Part shown: one piece after another, positions 1 to 7,463 of the stretch
How positions within the stretch are numbered: the stretch's first letter is position 1
Layout of the letters: every line of letters starts with the position of its first letter
Assembly (NCBI GenBank): GCA_965208125.1
Contig: OZ242320.1
Span: 5,376,001 to 5,440,000 of the forward strand
Origin: Candidatus Latescibacterota bacterium
Lineage (GTDB): Bacteria; Latescibacterota; UBA2968
DNA length: 64,000 nt
Direction of reading: 5' to 3'
Made by a program: the position numbers and the translations under genes
Notes under the pieces: model-generated
The model's input: the letters and a program-made list of their open reading frames with translations, nothing else
What the model was told of the DNA's origin: nothing
Databases searched by the model: none

Positions 1-628
1 GGCCCCAGTCCTCCAGAGGGCGCAATTCGCCAAGTATGATATTATACCGACCGCGAATATCGATCAGAAAGCGTTCGGAAGTCACAATACTGACACCGCC
101 GGCCAATATCGCTGTCAACGCCGGCCAATCGTCTTCATACGCAGGAAGCAGGAGACTCGTATCCAGAGTCGTACCCGTCTGTCCGGGAAAAATCAATCCG
201 GACACCTCATTCTGATACCAGAACAAGCCCAGACCGCCGCTTAAGTAAGGCGTCATACCACTGCTACCCAACTCTCGCAAATGCACAATTCCACTGGCAG
301 CAATGCTGTTAAAAGCCATCGCCTGAGCAACCTGAGGACTGAGATGCTCATTGTTATCTACTGACCACCTGAACCTCCGCGTATCCAGATCGCCACCACC
401 CATTTTGGAATAGTGATACTCGATCTCGGCGACAATTCTCGACGATGCAACATAATTATAACTCACACCGAGCTTTGGGGAAGCCGAATACCAGTTTCCA
501 AAGTTGAACACCGGCACATGGGCACTCCCGAAAAACCCGATCCCCGACTGGCCTTTTTCAAAAGCTCCGACCGTGGATACCGAGATCAGAACTGCCCCGA
601 TAAAACACAATGTTCTCAACATCCGCAT
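1..628 (-). CDS. Outer-membrane beta-barrel protein (3' end runs off window); paralog of 47702..48394
   Basis: Manual translation: MRMLRTLCFIGAVLISVSTVGAFEKG... (signal peptide), then EIEYHYSKMGGG, PYLSGGLG and DIRGRYNIILGELRPLEDWG, which match EFEYHHMTMDDG, PYIAVGAG and DIRGRYHMILGDLRPMEAWD of 47702..48394. SD AAGGAGG upstream. Not in the ORF track. Confidence 0.85.
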   Translation of the reverse strand, partial: MRMLRTLCFIGAVLISVSTVGAFEKGQSGIGFFGSAHVPVFNFGNWYSASPKLGVSYNYVASSRIVAEIEYHYSKMGGGDLDTRRFRWSVDNNEHLSPQVAQAMAFNSIAASGIVHLRELGSSGMTPYLSGGLGLFWYQNEVSGLIFPGQTGTTLDTSLLLPAYEDDWPALTAILAGGVSIVTSERFLIDIRGRYNIILGELRPLEDWG

Positions 629-969
629 AAGCTGACCCTCCTTTGAAATGTAAAAAATACAACACGGTATCGCACTCAATTCAAATACTCCTCCTTTCTC
701 CGGCTCAATTCATTTTTTGCACCAATAAAGAATTAATTTTTTTAATAATTTGTGAATACAAACTTCTAATTTTCAGACATGCGTACAAAAAAACCATCTA
801 TACCATACTATTCCATTGGTTTTTAGACGGTTTTAACTCCAAACTAATAATGGCGATAAATTGTTAACTATTACTTACTTATACTAAATTTCTAATACGA
901 ATAGCCATTTGCACTTATATCCTGAATAATATGCATTAAAATTTCTCCCAATGTCAAGTATTTTTTCTA

Positions 970-1998
970 TCATTCTTTACTTTTTTTAGCTCCACACGAT
1001 TCCCGCACGACCAGACGCGATTTCAAGGTTACTTGACGAGGCGTATCCTGCCCCTCGAGTTGGTCCAACATCAGATCTATCGCAGCCTGAGCAATCGCCT
1101 CGTACGGAGTTGCAAACGTCGTCAGCGCTGGCATCACATACGCCGATACGTCAATATCCCCACTACCCACCACAGCTACATCATCGGGTACGCGAATACC
1201 CGATTCCTGTAGCCCTTTACAAACGCCTATCGCTGTATAATCGTCCCGGCATATAAGAGCAGTAAACTGGTCGCCGAGTTCTTTCCCCAGGCGATACCCT
1301 CCTTCTGCATTGATGGTACTGACAGGTGTGTAGTTGGGCGTCAGGCCGTGATTTCGCATCGCCTGTAAATATCCTTTACCCTTAGCCGAAACCGAGCTGG
1401 ACTCATTCCAGTCCTCTCCGAGAAACCCGATCTGCTCGTGACCCAACTCGATCAAATGTTCTGTGGCCTCGAAATACTCCGCCACATAGTTCAGTATGAC
1501 TCCGCTCAAGTTTTCAGTTGGATAGAAAAATGTCACTACTGGCACGCGTCCCTTCACAACATCCAAAATACGCTCTGATTCTCCTTCGTCCCCTCGCGTA
1601 TGAACTAAAAGTCCATCTACACCCCAGGAAATCAATTGCTTGATCTGCACAGTCTGGTCATCCATCGACTCTTGAGGCATACCATGAGCGGCGACTCTCA
1701 TCATGATCTGATAATCCTGTTCACCAGCCGCCTTCAGTATCTGGTCGGTCTGACGTCCAAACGCTTTCTGGAAAATCTGGTAAGTCAGCAGACCCAGTGT
1801 ACCCGTCTCCCCTGTCACAATCCCTCGCGCCATCAAATTGGGACTGTAGTCCATATCGACGGCTGTTTGTCGCACCAGTTCTCGGGTCTCCTCCTTCACC
1901 AATACCGAAGCGTGTGGTGATAGTGCACGTGAAACTGTTGAATACGAAATACCCAACTGCCTTGCTATATCTTTAATCGTAGCTTGTTTTTTTTTCAT
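970..1998 (-). CDS. LacI-family transcriptional regulator (copy 1)
   Basis: HTH TIKDIARQLGISYSTVSRAL, hinge YSPNLMARG, C-terminal IRVPDDVAVVG and LVVRESCG. Start moved to MKKKQ by comparison with copy 3. Confidence 0.95.
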   Translation of the reverse strand: MKKKQATIKDIARQLGISYSTVSRALSPHASVLVKEETRELVRQTAVDMDYSPNLMARGIVTGETGTLGLLTYQIFQKAFGRQTDQILKAAGEQDYQIMMRVAAHGMPQESMDDQTVQIKQLISWGVDGLLVHTRGDEGESERILDVVKGRVPVVTFFYPTENLSGVILNYVAEYFEATEHLIELGHEQIGFLGEDWNESSSVSAKGKGYLQAMRNHGLTPNYTPVSTINAEGGYRLGKELGDQFTALICRDDYTAIGVCKGLQESGIRVPDDVAVVGSGDIDVSAYVMPALTTFATPYEAIAQAAIDLMLDQLEGQDTPRQVTLKSRLVVRESCGAKKSKE

Positions 1999-2096
1999 TT
2001 GCTTATCCCCAATTAAGCGATATAAATGAGTAGTTTGCATAATTCGAGAACATACTGCTTTGATGTGTGAAATGGTCCGAAATCACCCTGCCCCGC

Positions 2097-2125
2097 TTGA
2101 CAACGCTCGCCGCCCCCCTTAACTT
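2097..2125 (+). promoter_or_regulatory. Sigma-70-type promoter of the FGE-fold/peroxidase cassette
   Basis: TTGACA-17 nt-TAACTT, about 40 bp before the ATG at 2163. Confidence 0.55.
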
Positions 2126-2162
2126 TCAGCATCTACTAATTGTATTCTTTACGGATATCCCC

Positions 2163-3263
2163 ATGCCCACCCATCTGTATTTCACCTTTATCTTTCTGTT
2201 GGGTTTTGTTGCCCCAGCCAACGCACAAGGCGATCCCACCGAGATACCCGCGCGCTACGATCTGGCTCGCATGTCGCTGGAAGACGGCGAGGTCCATTAT
2301 GCCGAGCAGCAGTTCCTCAAAATTCTCAAAATTGACCCCAAACACGCGCCCACACATTTGATTTTGGGCCGCCTCTATCACCGTCAAAAACGCAACGCCA
2401 ATGCTTACCGTCACCTCAAAACCTATCTCGATTTCTCGCCTGAAGCCCCTGACAAAACCGAGATCCGCACTTTGCTCAATACCCTCGCCGACAGCCTGAA
2501 GGCATCCGGCAAAGGCTGGGTCGTCATTGATCCATCAACACCCTGGCGTCCATCTATGCTGCCTCAACCCGATGAACTCGGTTTTGTGTCCATTCGAGGC
2601 GGAACGTTCCTTATGGGCGGAACTTTTGAAAATGAAAAACCCATCCGTCTGGTCACTGTATCCGATTTCGAACTCCTGAACCATGAAGTCACCAACGTCG
2701 AATACTTTGCCTTCACCAGAGCCACGGCCCATCCCTCGCCCGAATATTGGCGCGAAGACTGGTTCTGGATGTCTGAGTTCGGTCCCCACCCCGTTGTCAA
2801 CATCACCCATTATGACGCCGAGGCTTATTGCCATTGGCTGGACGCGCGCTTGCCCACTGAAGCCGAGTGGGAATACGCTTGCCGCGCGGGCCACACCCAG
2901 GCCAAATATCCCTGGGGCAACGATTCACCCGACGAACAAAAGGCCAATTACGGACGCATCTTCAAAACACCTTATCCCACACGACCTGTCAAATCTCACC
3001 CCCCCAACGCCTATGGTCTTTACGACATGGCTGGCAATGTGTGGGAGTGGTGTGCCGATTGGTACGATCCAAACTATTACCAAAACGCCCCCTCCGATAA
3101 CCCCAAAGGTCCAGACAAAGGCTTCGATTACCAACACACGCGCAGGGGTGGGCAATGGCAGTCCTCTCCTCATTCCCTGCGTTGTGCCCGCCGCTATGGG
3201 GGCGAGCCTTCGGCTCAGGATAATGGCAGCATGGCCTACTTCGGCTTTCGCTGTGCGCGTTAG
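2163..3263 (+). CDS. Exported TPR + FGE-sulfatase (SUMF1/C-type-lectin-fold) domain protein lacking the FGE catalytic Cys pair
   Basis: Signal peptide ending APANA, TPR-like helices, and RLPTEAEWEYACR, PNAYGLYDMAGNVWEW, RGGQW...GFRCAR. No GGSxxC-x4-C motif. Confidence 0.88.
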   Translation: MPTHLYFTFIFLLGFVAPANAQGDPTEIPARYDLARMSLEDGEVHYAEQQFLKILKIDPKHAPTHLILGRLYHRQKRNANAYRHLKTYLDFSPEAPDKTEIRTLLNTLADSLKASGKGWVVIDPSTPWRPSMLPQPDELGFVSIRGGTFLMGGTFENEKPIRLVTVSDFELLNHEVTNVEYFAFTRATAHPSPEYWREDWFWMSEFGPHPVVNITHYDAEAYCHWLDARLPTEAEWEYACRAGHTQAKYPWGNDSPDEQKANYGRIFKTPYPTRPVKSHPPNAYGLYDMAGNVWEWCADWYDPNYYQNAPSDNPKGPDKGFDYQHTRRGGQWQSSPHSLRCARRYGGEPSAQDNGSMAYFGFRCAR

Positions 3264-3276
3264 AAGAGAGATCACC

Positions 3277-4344
3277 ATGCCAATCCGCTTCACATTTCTC
3301 TGCTCCCTACTGACCGCCCTTCCAATAGCTGCATATAGCGGCGACATCCCCCGCGTGCCATTAGGCCATGACGAAATCCGCTATCTCAACAGCATTCCCA
3401 AAGACAATCCCCTCACCCGAGCCAAAATAGCTCTGGGCAAACTCCTCTTTTTTGACAAACGGCTCTCCAGAGATGGCAGCATTGCCTGCGGCTCCTGTCA
3501 CCAGCCCCACCGCGCCTTTACCGATGGTCGCGTTTTACCCATAGGTATTGACGGCCAAATCCCCAAACGCAATGTGCCTACCCTGATCAACCGTGCCTAT
3601 GGCACGGCTTACTTTTATGATGGCAGGGCTGCTTCTCTTGAAGAACAGGCCCTCATTCCCATTCAGAGCCCCACAGAAATGGGCAATACCCTCGAGCAGG
3701 TCGTTTCCACCTTATCTGCCATCTCCGGTTATCGCGCTCATTTCAAAACCGCCTTTGGAGACAGCACTATCATGCCTGACCGCATCGCCAGTGCTCTGGC
3801 CGCTTTCGAACGCACACTCATCTCCGGCGAATCGCCTTACGACCTGTTTGAATACGGCGGTCCCAAAGGCTCTATGTCCAAATCTGCCATCCGGGGCCTG
3901 CGCCTCTTTCGCACCAAAGCGCGTTGTACACTCTGCCACATGGGATTCAATTACACCGACGAAGACTTCCACAACATCGGTACGGGTTGGGATCGCACCG
4001 ATCTTTCCACTTATGAAAAAACCAGCAATTTAGAAGACATCAAAGGCATCGATCCAGGACGATATGCACAAACCCAAAAACCAGAACACTTTGGCGCAAT
4101 GAAAACACCCACCCTGCGCGAAGTCGCACGCACAGCTCCTTATATGCACAACGGTAGCATCAAAACCCTGCAAGAAATCATCGAATTTTACGACAAAGGC
4201 GGTACCCCCAATCCATTTCTCGACGAATTGATTACTCCCCTCAATCTCACCGATGCTGAAAAACAGGACCTGATCGCCTTTCTCAAAGCACTCAACGGCA
4301 CCAACTGGCTCCACATTGAGCCACCATTTCAATTTCCCGAGTAA
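3277..4344 (+). CDS. Diheme cytochrome c peroxidase superfamily protein, MauG/MbnH/BthA-like
   Basis: Signal peptide, LGKLLFFDKRLS, two CxxCH motifs (CGSCH, CTLCH), TPTLRE...TAPYMHNG...IIEFY. Real start is MPIRF; the track's 2683 start is a shadow extension. Confidence 0.92.
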   Translation: MPIRFTFLCSLLTALPIAAYSGDIPRVPLGHDEIRYLNSIPKDNPLTRAKIALGKLLFFDKRLSRDGSIACGSCHQPHRAFTDGRVLPIGIDGQIPKRNVPTLINRAYGTAYFYDGRAASLEEQALIPIQSPTEMGNTLEQVVSTLSAISGYRAHFKTAFGDSTIMPDRIASALAAFERTLISGESPYDLFEYGGPKGSMSKSAIRGLRLFRTKARCTLCHMGFNYTDEDFHNIGTGWDRTDLSTYEKTSNLEDIKGIDPGRYAQTQKPEHFGAMKTPTLREVARTAPYMHNGSIKTLQEIIEFYDKGGTPNPFLDELITPLNLTDAEKQDLIAFLKALNGTNWLHIEPPFQFPE

Positions 4345-4361
4345 CTGATGCTACCGCAATA

Positions 4362-4377
4362 TGCAAAAAATGTGCCA
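4362..4377 (-). promoter_or_regulatory. Sigma-54 -24/-12 promoter (P1)
   Basis: Minus strand TGGCAC-ATTTT-TTGCA is an exact consensus, with an AT-rich tract and repeated boxes upstream. Confidence 0.75.
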
Positions 4378-4496
4378 ATGTGTGACTTGTTCCAAACAAT
4401 TATACTCGTAAAGAGTTGTTTTAATTTAAGAAAGAGAGTTAATTTACCTATGACATAAGAATAATACTGTCTCTAAATAGTCGGATCAGCTCTTAC

Positions 4497-4534
4497 AAAA
4501 GACGTTATATAGTCCTAAAAGACGTTATATGGTC
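4497..4534. repeat. Tandem 20-bp-period boxes (putative enhancer/operator of P1)
   Basis: AAAAGACGTTATATAGTC and AAAAGACGTTATATGGTC, related to the boxes at 7268-7301. Confidence 0.6.
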
Positions 4535-4620
4535 TCGAAACTATATTACATCAGTGATACTCGACCTCATCGCCAAAGCCTTAGCCGCTTTATTGAGCCA
4601 TCATTTCGATTTCCCAAATA

Positions 4621-4658
4621 AAAAAAAGGCGACCGAATGAAAGTTCGGTCGCCTTTTT
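4621..4658. terminator. Bidirectional intrinsic terminator
   Basis: AAAAAGGCGACCGAA-tgaaag-TTCGGTCGCCTTTTT between convergent genes. Confidence 0.85.
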
Positions 4659-4682
4659 GCATCCCACAACACAAAATTTCTA

Positions 4683-5528
4683 TCATTTTTCACTTTTGTT
4701 TGCCCCACACGATTCCCGCACGACCAGACGCGATTTCAAAATTACTTGTCGGGGCTTATCCTGCCCCTCGAGTTGTTCCAGCATCAGATCCATAACGGCC
4801 TGAGCAATCGCCTCGTAAGGAGTTACCAGAGTGGTCAGTGAAGGCACCATATAAGCCGCTGCTTCTATATCTCCGTTACCCACCACAGCCACATCATCGG
4901 GTATGCGAATACCCGATTCTCGTAGCCCCCGACAAACGCCTATGGCCGTATAATCGTCCCGGCATACAAGAGCTGTAAACTGATCGCCGAGTTCTCTGCC
5001 CCCGCGATACCCCCCTTCCGCATGGATATTCCTGGAGGGTAAGAATTGATGTGTCAGGCCATAGTTTTGCATTGCTAAAAGATATCCCTTAGCCTTAGCC
5101 GAAATCGGACTGGCCCCATTCCAGTCCGGCCCAATAAACCCGATCCGCTCGTGACCCAACTGGATCAAATGCTCTGTAGCCCTGTAAAAGTCCGATACAA
5201 AGTCCAACACGATCCCGCTCAAGTTTTGAGTCGGATACAAAAACGTCACCACTGGCACTCGTCCCTTCACGGCATTCAAAATGCGCGCTGATTCCTCTTC
5301 GTCTCCCCGCGTATGAATTAAAAGTCCATCTACGCCTCGGGCAATCAACTGTCGGATCTGCAGGATCTGATCTTCCAGTGAATTCAAAGAAATCCGATTA
5401 GAGGCCACTCTCAGCAGCAACTGATAATTCTGCTTATTAGCCTCCCTCAAGAGATAGTCGATCAGACTTCCAAACGTCTCCAGGAAAATGTGGTAGGTCA
5501 GCAAACCCAGTGTACCCGGCTTCTCCAT
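4683..5528 (-). CDS. LacI-family ligand-binding domain without HTH (copy 2; truncated paralog, possibly a pseudogene)
   Basis: Uninterrupted sensor domain collinear with copies 1 and 3. The hinge is degenerate (DYSFKLMERE vs DYSPNLMARG) and the HTH is absent. GGGAG lies 6 nt before the ATG at 5528. Confidence 0.8.
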   Translation of the reverse strand: MEKPGTLGLLTYHIFLETFGSLIDYLLREANKQNYQLLLRVASNRISLNSLEDQILQIRQLIARGVDGLLIHTRGDEEESARILNAVKGRVPVVTFLYPTQNLSGIVLDFVSDFYRATEHLIQLGHERIGFIGPDWNGASPISAKAKGYLLAMQNYGLTHQFLPSRNIHAEGGYRGGRELGDQFTALVCRDDYTAIGVCRGLRESGIRIPDDVAVVGNGDIEAAAYMVPSLTTLVTPYEAIAQAVMDLMLEQLEGQDKPRQVILKSRLVVRESCGANKSEK

Positions 5529-5708
5529 TACAATCTCCCGCTCCATCAATTTGAAGCTGTAGTCGATCTCGAGCGATCTTCGTAGCAAGCCCAGTCCCAG
5601 TTTAATTTAGAGGATTCTGTAGGATAGTGCCGAACCGAACATAATGAAAAAGTGCTTGCCATAAGAGACCCACAAATTAAATCGCATTCCCCATTATTTT
5701 CATATATA

Positions 5709-5724
5709 AGCAAAAACCGTGCCA
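5709..5724 (-). promoter_or_regulatory. Sigma-54 -24/-12 promoter (P2)
   Basis: Minus strand TGGCAC-GGTTT-TTGCT. Confidence 0.78.
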
Positions 5725-5800
5725 GTTTGTAATAAACGAGCTAATTCTTTGATGATGAAGGAGTTAGAGAAGATGAGGGATGATTCGCAGGTCTTTGAAG

Positions 5801-5953
5801 TGTTGCATAAAGCAACACTTCAAACCGTAAGAAACGCATATCCACTGAGTTGAATATAAAACAAATGTATGTTTATATATGATTTATGGAAAAATTGAAG
5901 GTGGGATATAGCGAATTTGTTGCAATTTGAGACAAATGTTGCAATTTAAAACA
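5801..5953. promoter_or_regulatory. Three TGT-N11-ACA boxes (putative enhancer-binding-protein UAS of P2)
   Basis: TGTTGCATAAAGCAACA (5801-5817), TGTTGCAATTTGAGACA (5918-5934), TGTTGCAATTTAAAACA (5937-5953). Confidence 0.62.
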
Positions 5954-5994
5954 TACATGACGAATAGTATCCAGAGCCAGAAGCGGTATGAAAC

Positions 5995-6029
5995 AATAAA
6001 GGGGAACACAAACTGTGTTCCCCTTTATT
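5995..6029 (-). terminator. Intrinsic terminator after LacI copy 3
   Basis: AATAAAGGGGAACACA-aac-TGTGTTCCCCTTTATT, a perfect inverted repeat. Confidence 0.8.
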
Positions 6030-6077
6030 CATTAAGAGCAGTCAATCATCTAATCGGCACTATTGTATATAATACCT

Positions 6078-7103
6078 TTAATTTATTTTCTTAGCTCCAC
6101 ATGATTCCCGCACGACCAGGCGCGATCTCAAGGTCACTTGACGAGGCGTATCCTGCTCCTCAAGTTGTTCCAGCATCAGATCCATCGCAGCCTGGGCAAT
6201 CGCCTCGTATGGCATTGCCAGTGTGGTCAAAGCTGGTGTCATATAAGCTGCAGCATCGATATCCCCATAACCCACCACAGCCACATCATCGGGTACGCGA
6301 ATACCCGATTCCCGTAACCCTCGACAAACGCCTATGGCCGTATAATCGTCCCAACATACAAGAGCAGTAAACTGGTCGCCGAGTTCTTTCCCCAGGCGAT
6401 ACCCCCCTTCTGCATTGATGGTACTGACAGGTGTGTAGTTGGGCGTCAGGCCGTGATTTCGCATCGCCAGCCCATACCCTTTGCCCTGGTTTGAAAGCGG
6501 GGTGTTATCATTCCAGTGCGATCCGAGAAACCCGATCCGCTCGTGACCCAACTCGATCAAATGTTCTGTGGCCTCGTAATACTCTGCTAACTGGTCCAAC
6601 ACGACCCCACTCAGGTTTTGGGTCGGGTAAAAAAATGTTACCACTGGCACGCGTCCCTTCACAACATCCAAAATACGCTCTGATTCTCCTTCGTCCCCTC
6701 GCGTATTAATCAAAAGGCCATCTACGCCCCAGGAAATCAATTGCTTGATCTGCACAGTCTGGTCGTCTCGGGGATTTTTAGGAATCCGGTTAGAGGCCAC
6801 TCCCATCATGATCTGATAATCATACTCGTCAGCCACCCTCAGTATCTGGTCGGTCTGATGTCCAAACGCCTCCTGGAAAATGTGGTAGGTCAGCAGACCC
6901 AGTGTACCCGTCTTCCCCATCACAATCCCCCGCGCCATCAAATTGGGACTGTAGTCCATATCGGCGGCTGTTTGTCGCACCAGTTCTCGGGTCTCCTCCT
7001 TCACCAATACCGAAGCGTGTGGTGATAGTGCACGTGAAACTGTTGAATACGAAATACCCAACTGCCTTGCAATATCTTTAATGGTAACATGTTTTCTTTT
7101 CAT
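6078..7103 (-). CDS. LacI-family transcriptional regulator (copy 3)
   Basis: Same HTH as copy 1 (TIKDIARQLGISYSTVSRAL) with a full sensor domain. Confidence 0.95.
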   Translation of the reverse strand: MKRKHVTIKDIARQLGISYSTVSRALSPHASVLVKEETRELVRQTAADMDYSPNLMARGIVMGKTGTLGLLTYHIFQEAFGHQTDQILRVADEYDYQIMMGVASNRIPKNPRDDQTVQIKQLISWGVDGLLINTRGDEGESERILDVVKGRVPVVTFFYPTQNLSGVVLDQLAEYYEATEHLIELGHERIGFLGSHWNDNTPLSNQGKGYGLAMRNHGLTPNYTPVSTINAEGGYRLGKELGDQFTALVCWDDYTAIGVCRGLRESGIRVPDDVAVVGYGDIDAAAYMTPALTTLAMPYEAIAQAAMDLMLEQLEEQDTPRQVTLRSRLVVRESCGAKKIN

Positions 7104-7151
7104 TTAATAACCCCTTTGCCAAGTAAACGATATAAACACTACCCTTTAGTA

Positions 7152-7167
7152 AGCAATAACTATGCCA
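7152..7167 (-). promoter_or_regulatory. Sigma-54 -24/-12 promoter (P3)
   Basis: Minus strand TGGCAT-AGTTA-TTGCT, about 50 bp upstream of the LacI copy 3 ATG. Confidence 0.72.
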
Positions 7168-7267
7168 ATTTGGATTTCTATAACTAATTTTATTTATAAA
7201 AGATTATTTTTAATAAAAATATATTTTTTTTGTTCTAAAAAAGCCAACCTGCATTTTAGATCTTTTT

Positions 7268-7301
7268 CACTATATATGGTGAAAAAAAACGATATATGGT
7301 C
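7268..7301. repeat. Tandem 20-bp-period near-palindromic boxes (putative enhancer/operator of P3)
   Basis: CACTATATATGGTG (7268-7281) and AACGATATATGGTC (7288-7301). Confidence 0.55.
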
Positions 7302-7463
7302 ACTGGTGTGTTTTGGCGTATAGTCTTTCTGCTTTATACCTCACAACTTGGGTAAATTTAACAATTTTTGCAGAGATATGCTAAAAAATCAGGTTTGTTT
7401 TTTTGCTAAAATAGAAAATCTCTAATTATATTTAAATGCAGGACAAGTGAATCAATTCTGTAT

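Noticed and set aside
643-867. Small + strand ORFs 413..646 and 643..867
   Set aside because: The first is antisense to the OMP gene and the second is AT-rich promoter DNA with no homology cues.
3140-3263. FGE/C-lectin C-terminus as a diversity-generating retroelement variable region
   Set aside because: No template repeat, reverse transcriptase or Avd gene was seen in the window. A remote DGR cannot be excluded.
2163-3263. Formylglycine-generating enzyme maturing the local sulfatases
   Set aside because: The catalytic Cys pair is absent, and the protein is exported while the sulfatases lack signal peptides.
4497-4548. CRISPR-like or iteron array
   Set aside because: Only two to three short units, with no spacers and no cas or rep genes.
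7268-7301. NrdR boxes
   Set aside because: The sequence resembles the NrdR palindrome, but no ribonucleotide reductase genes are nearby and the position fits a sigma-54 enhancer. The regulator is left unassigned.
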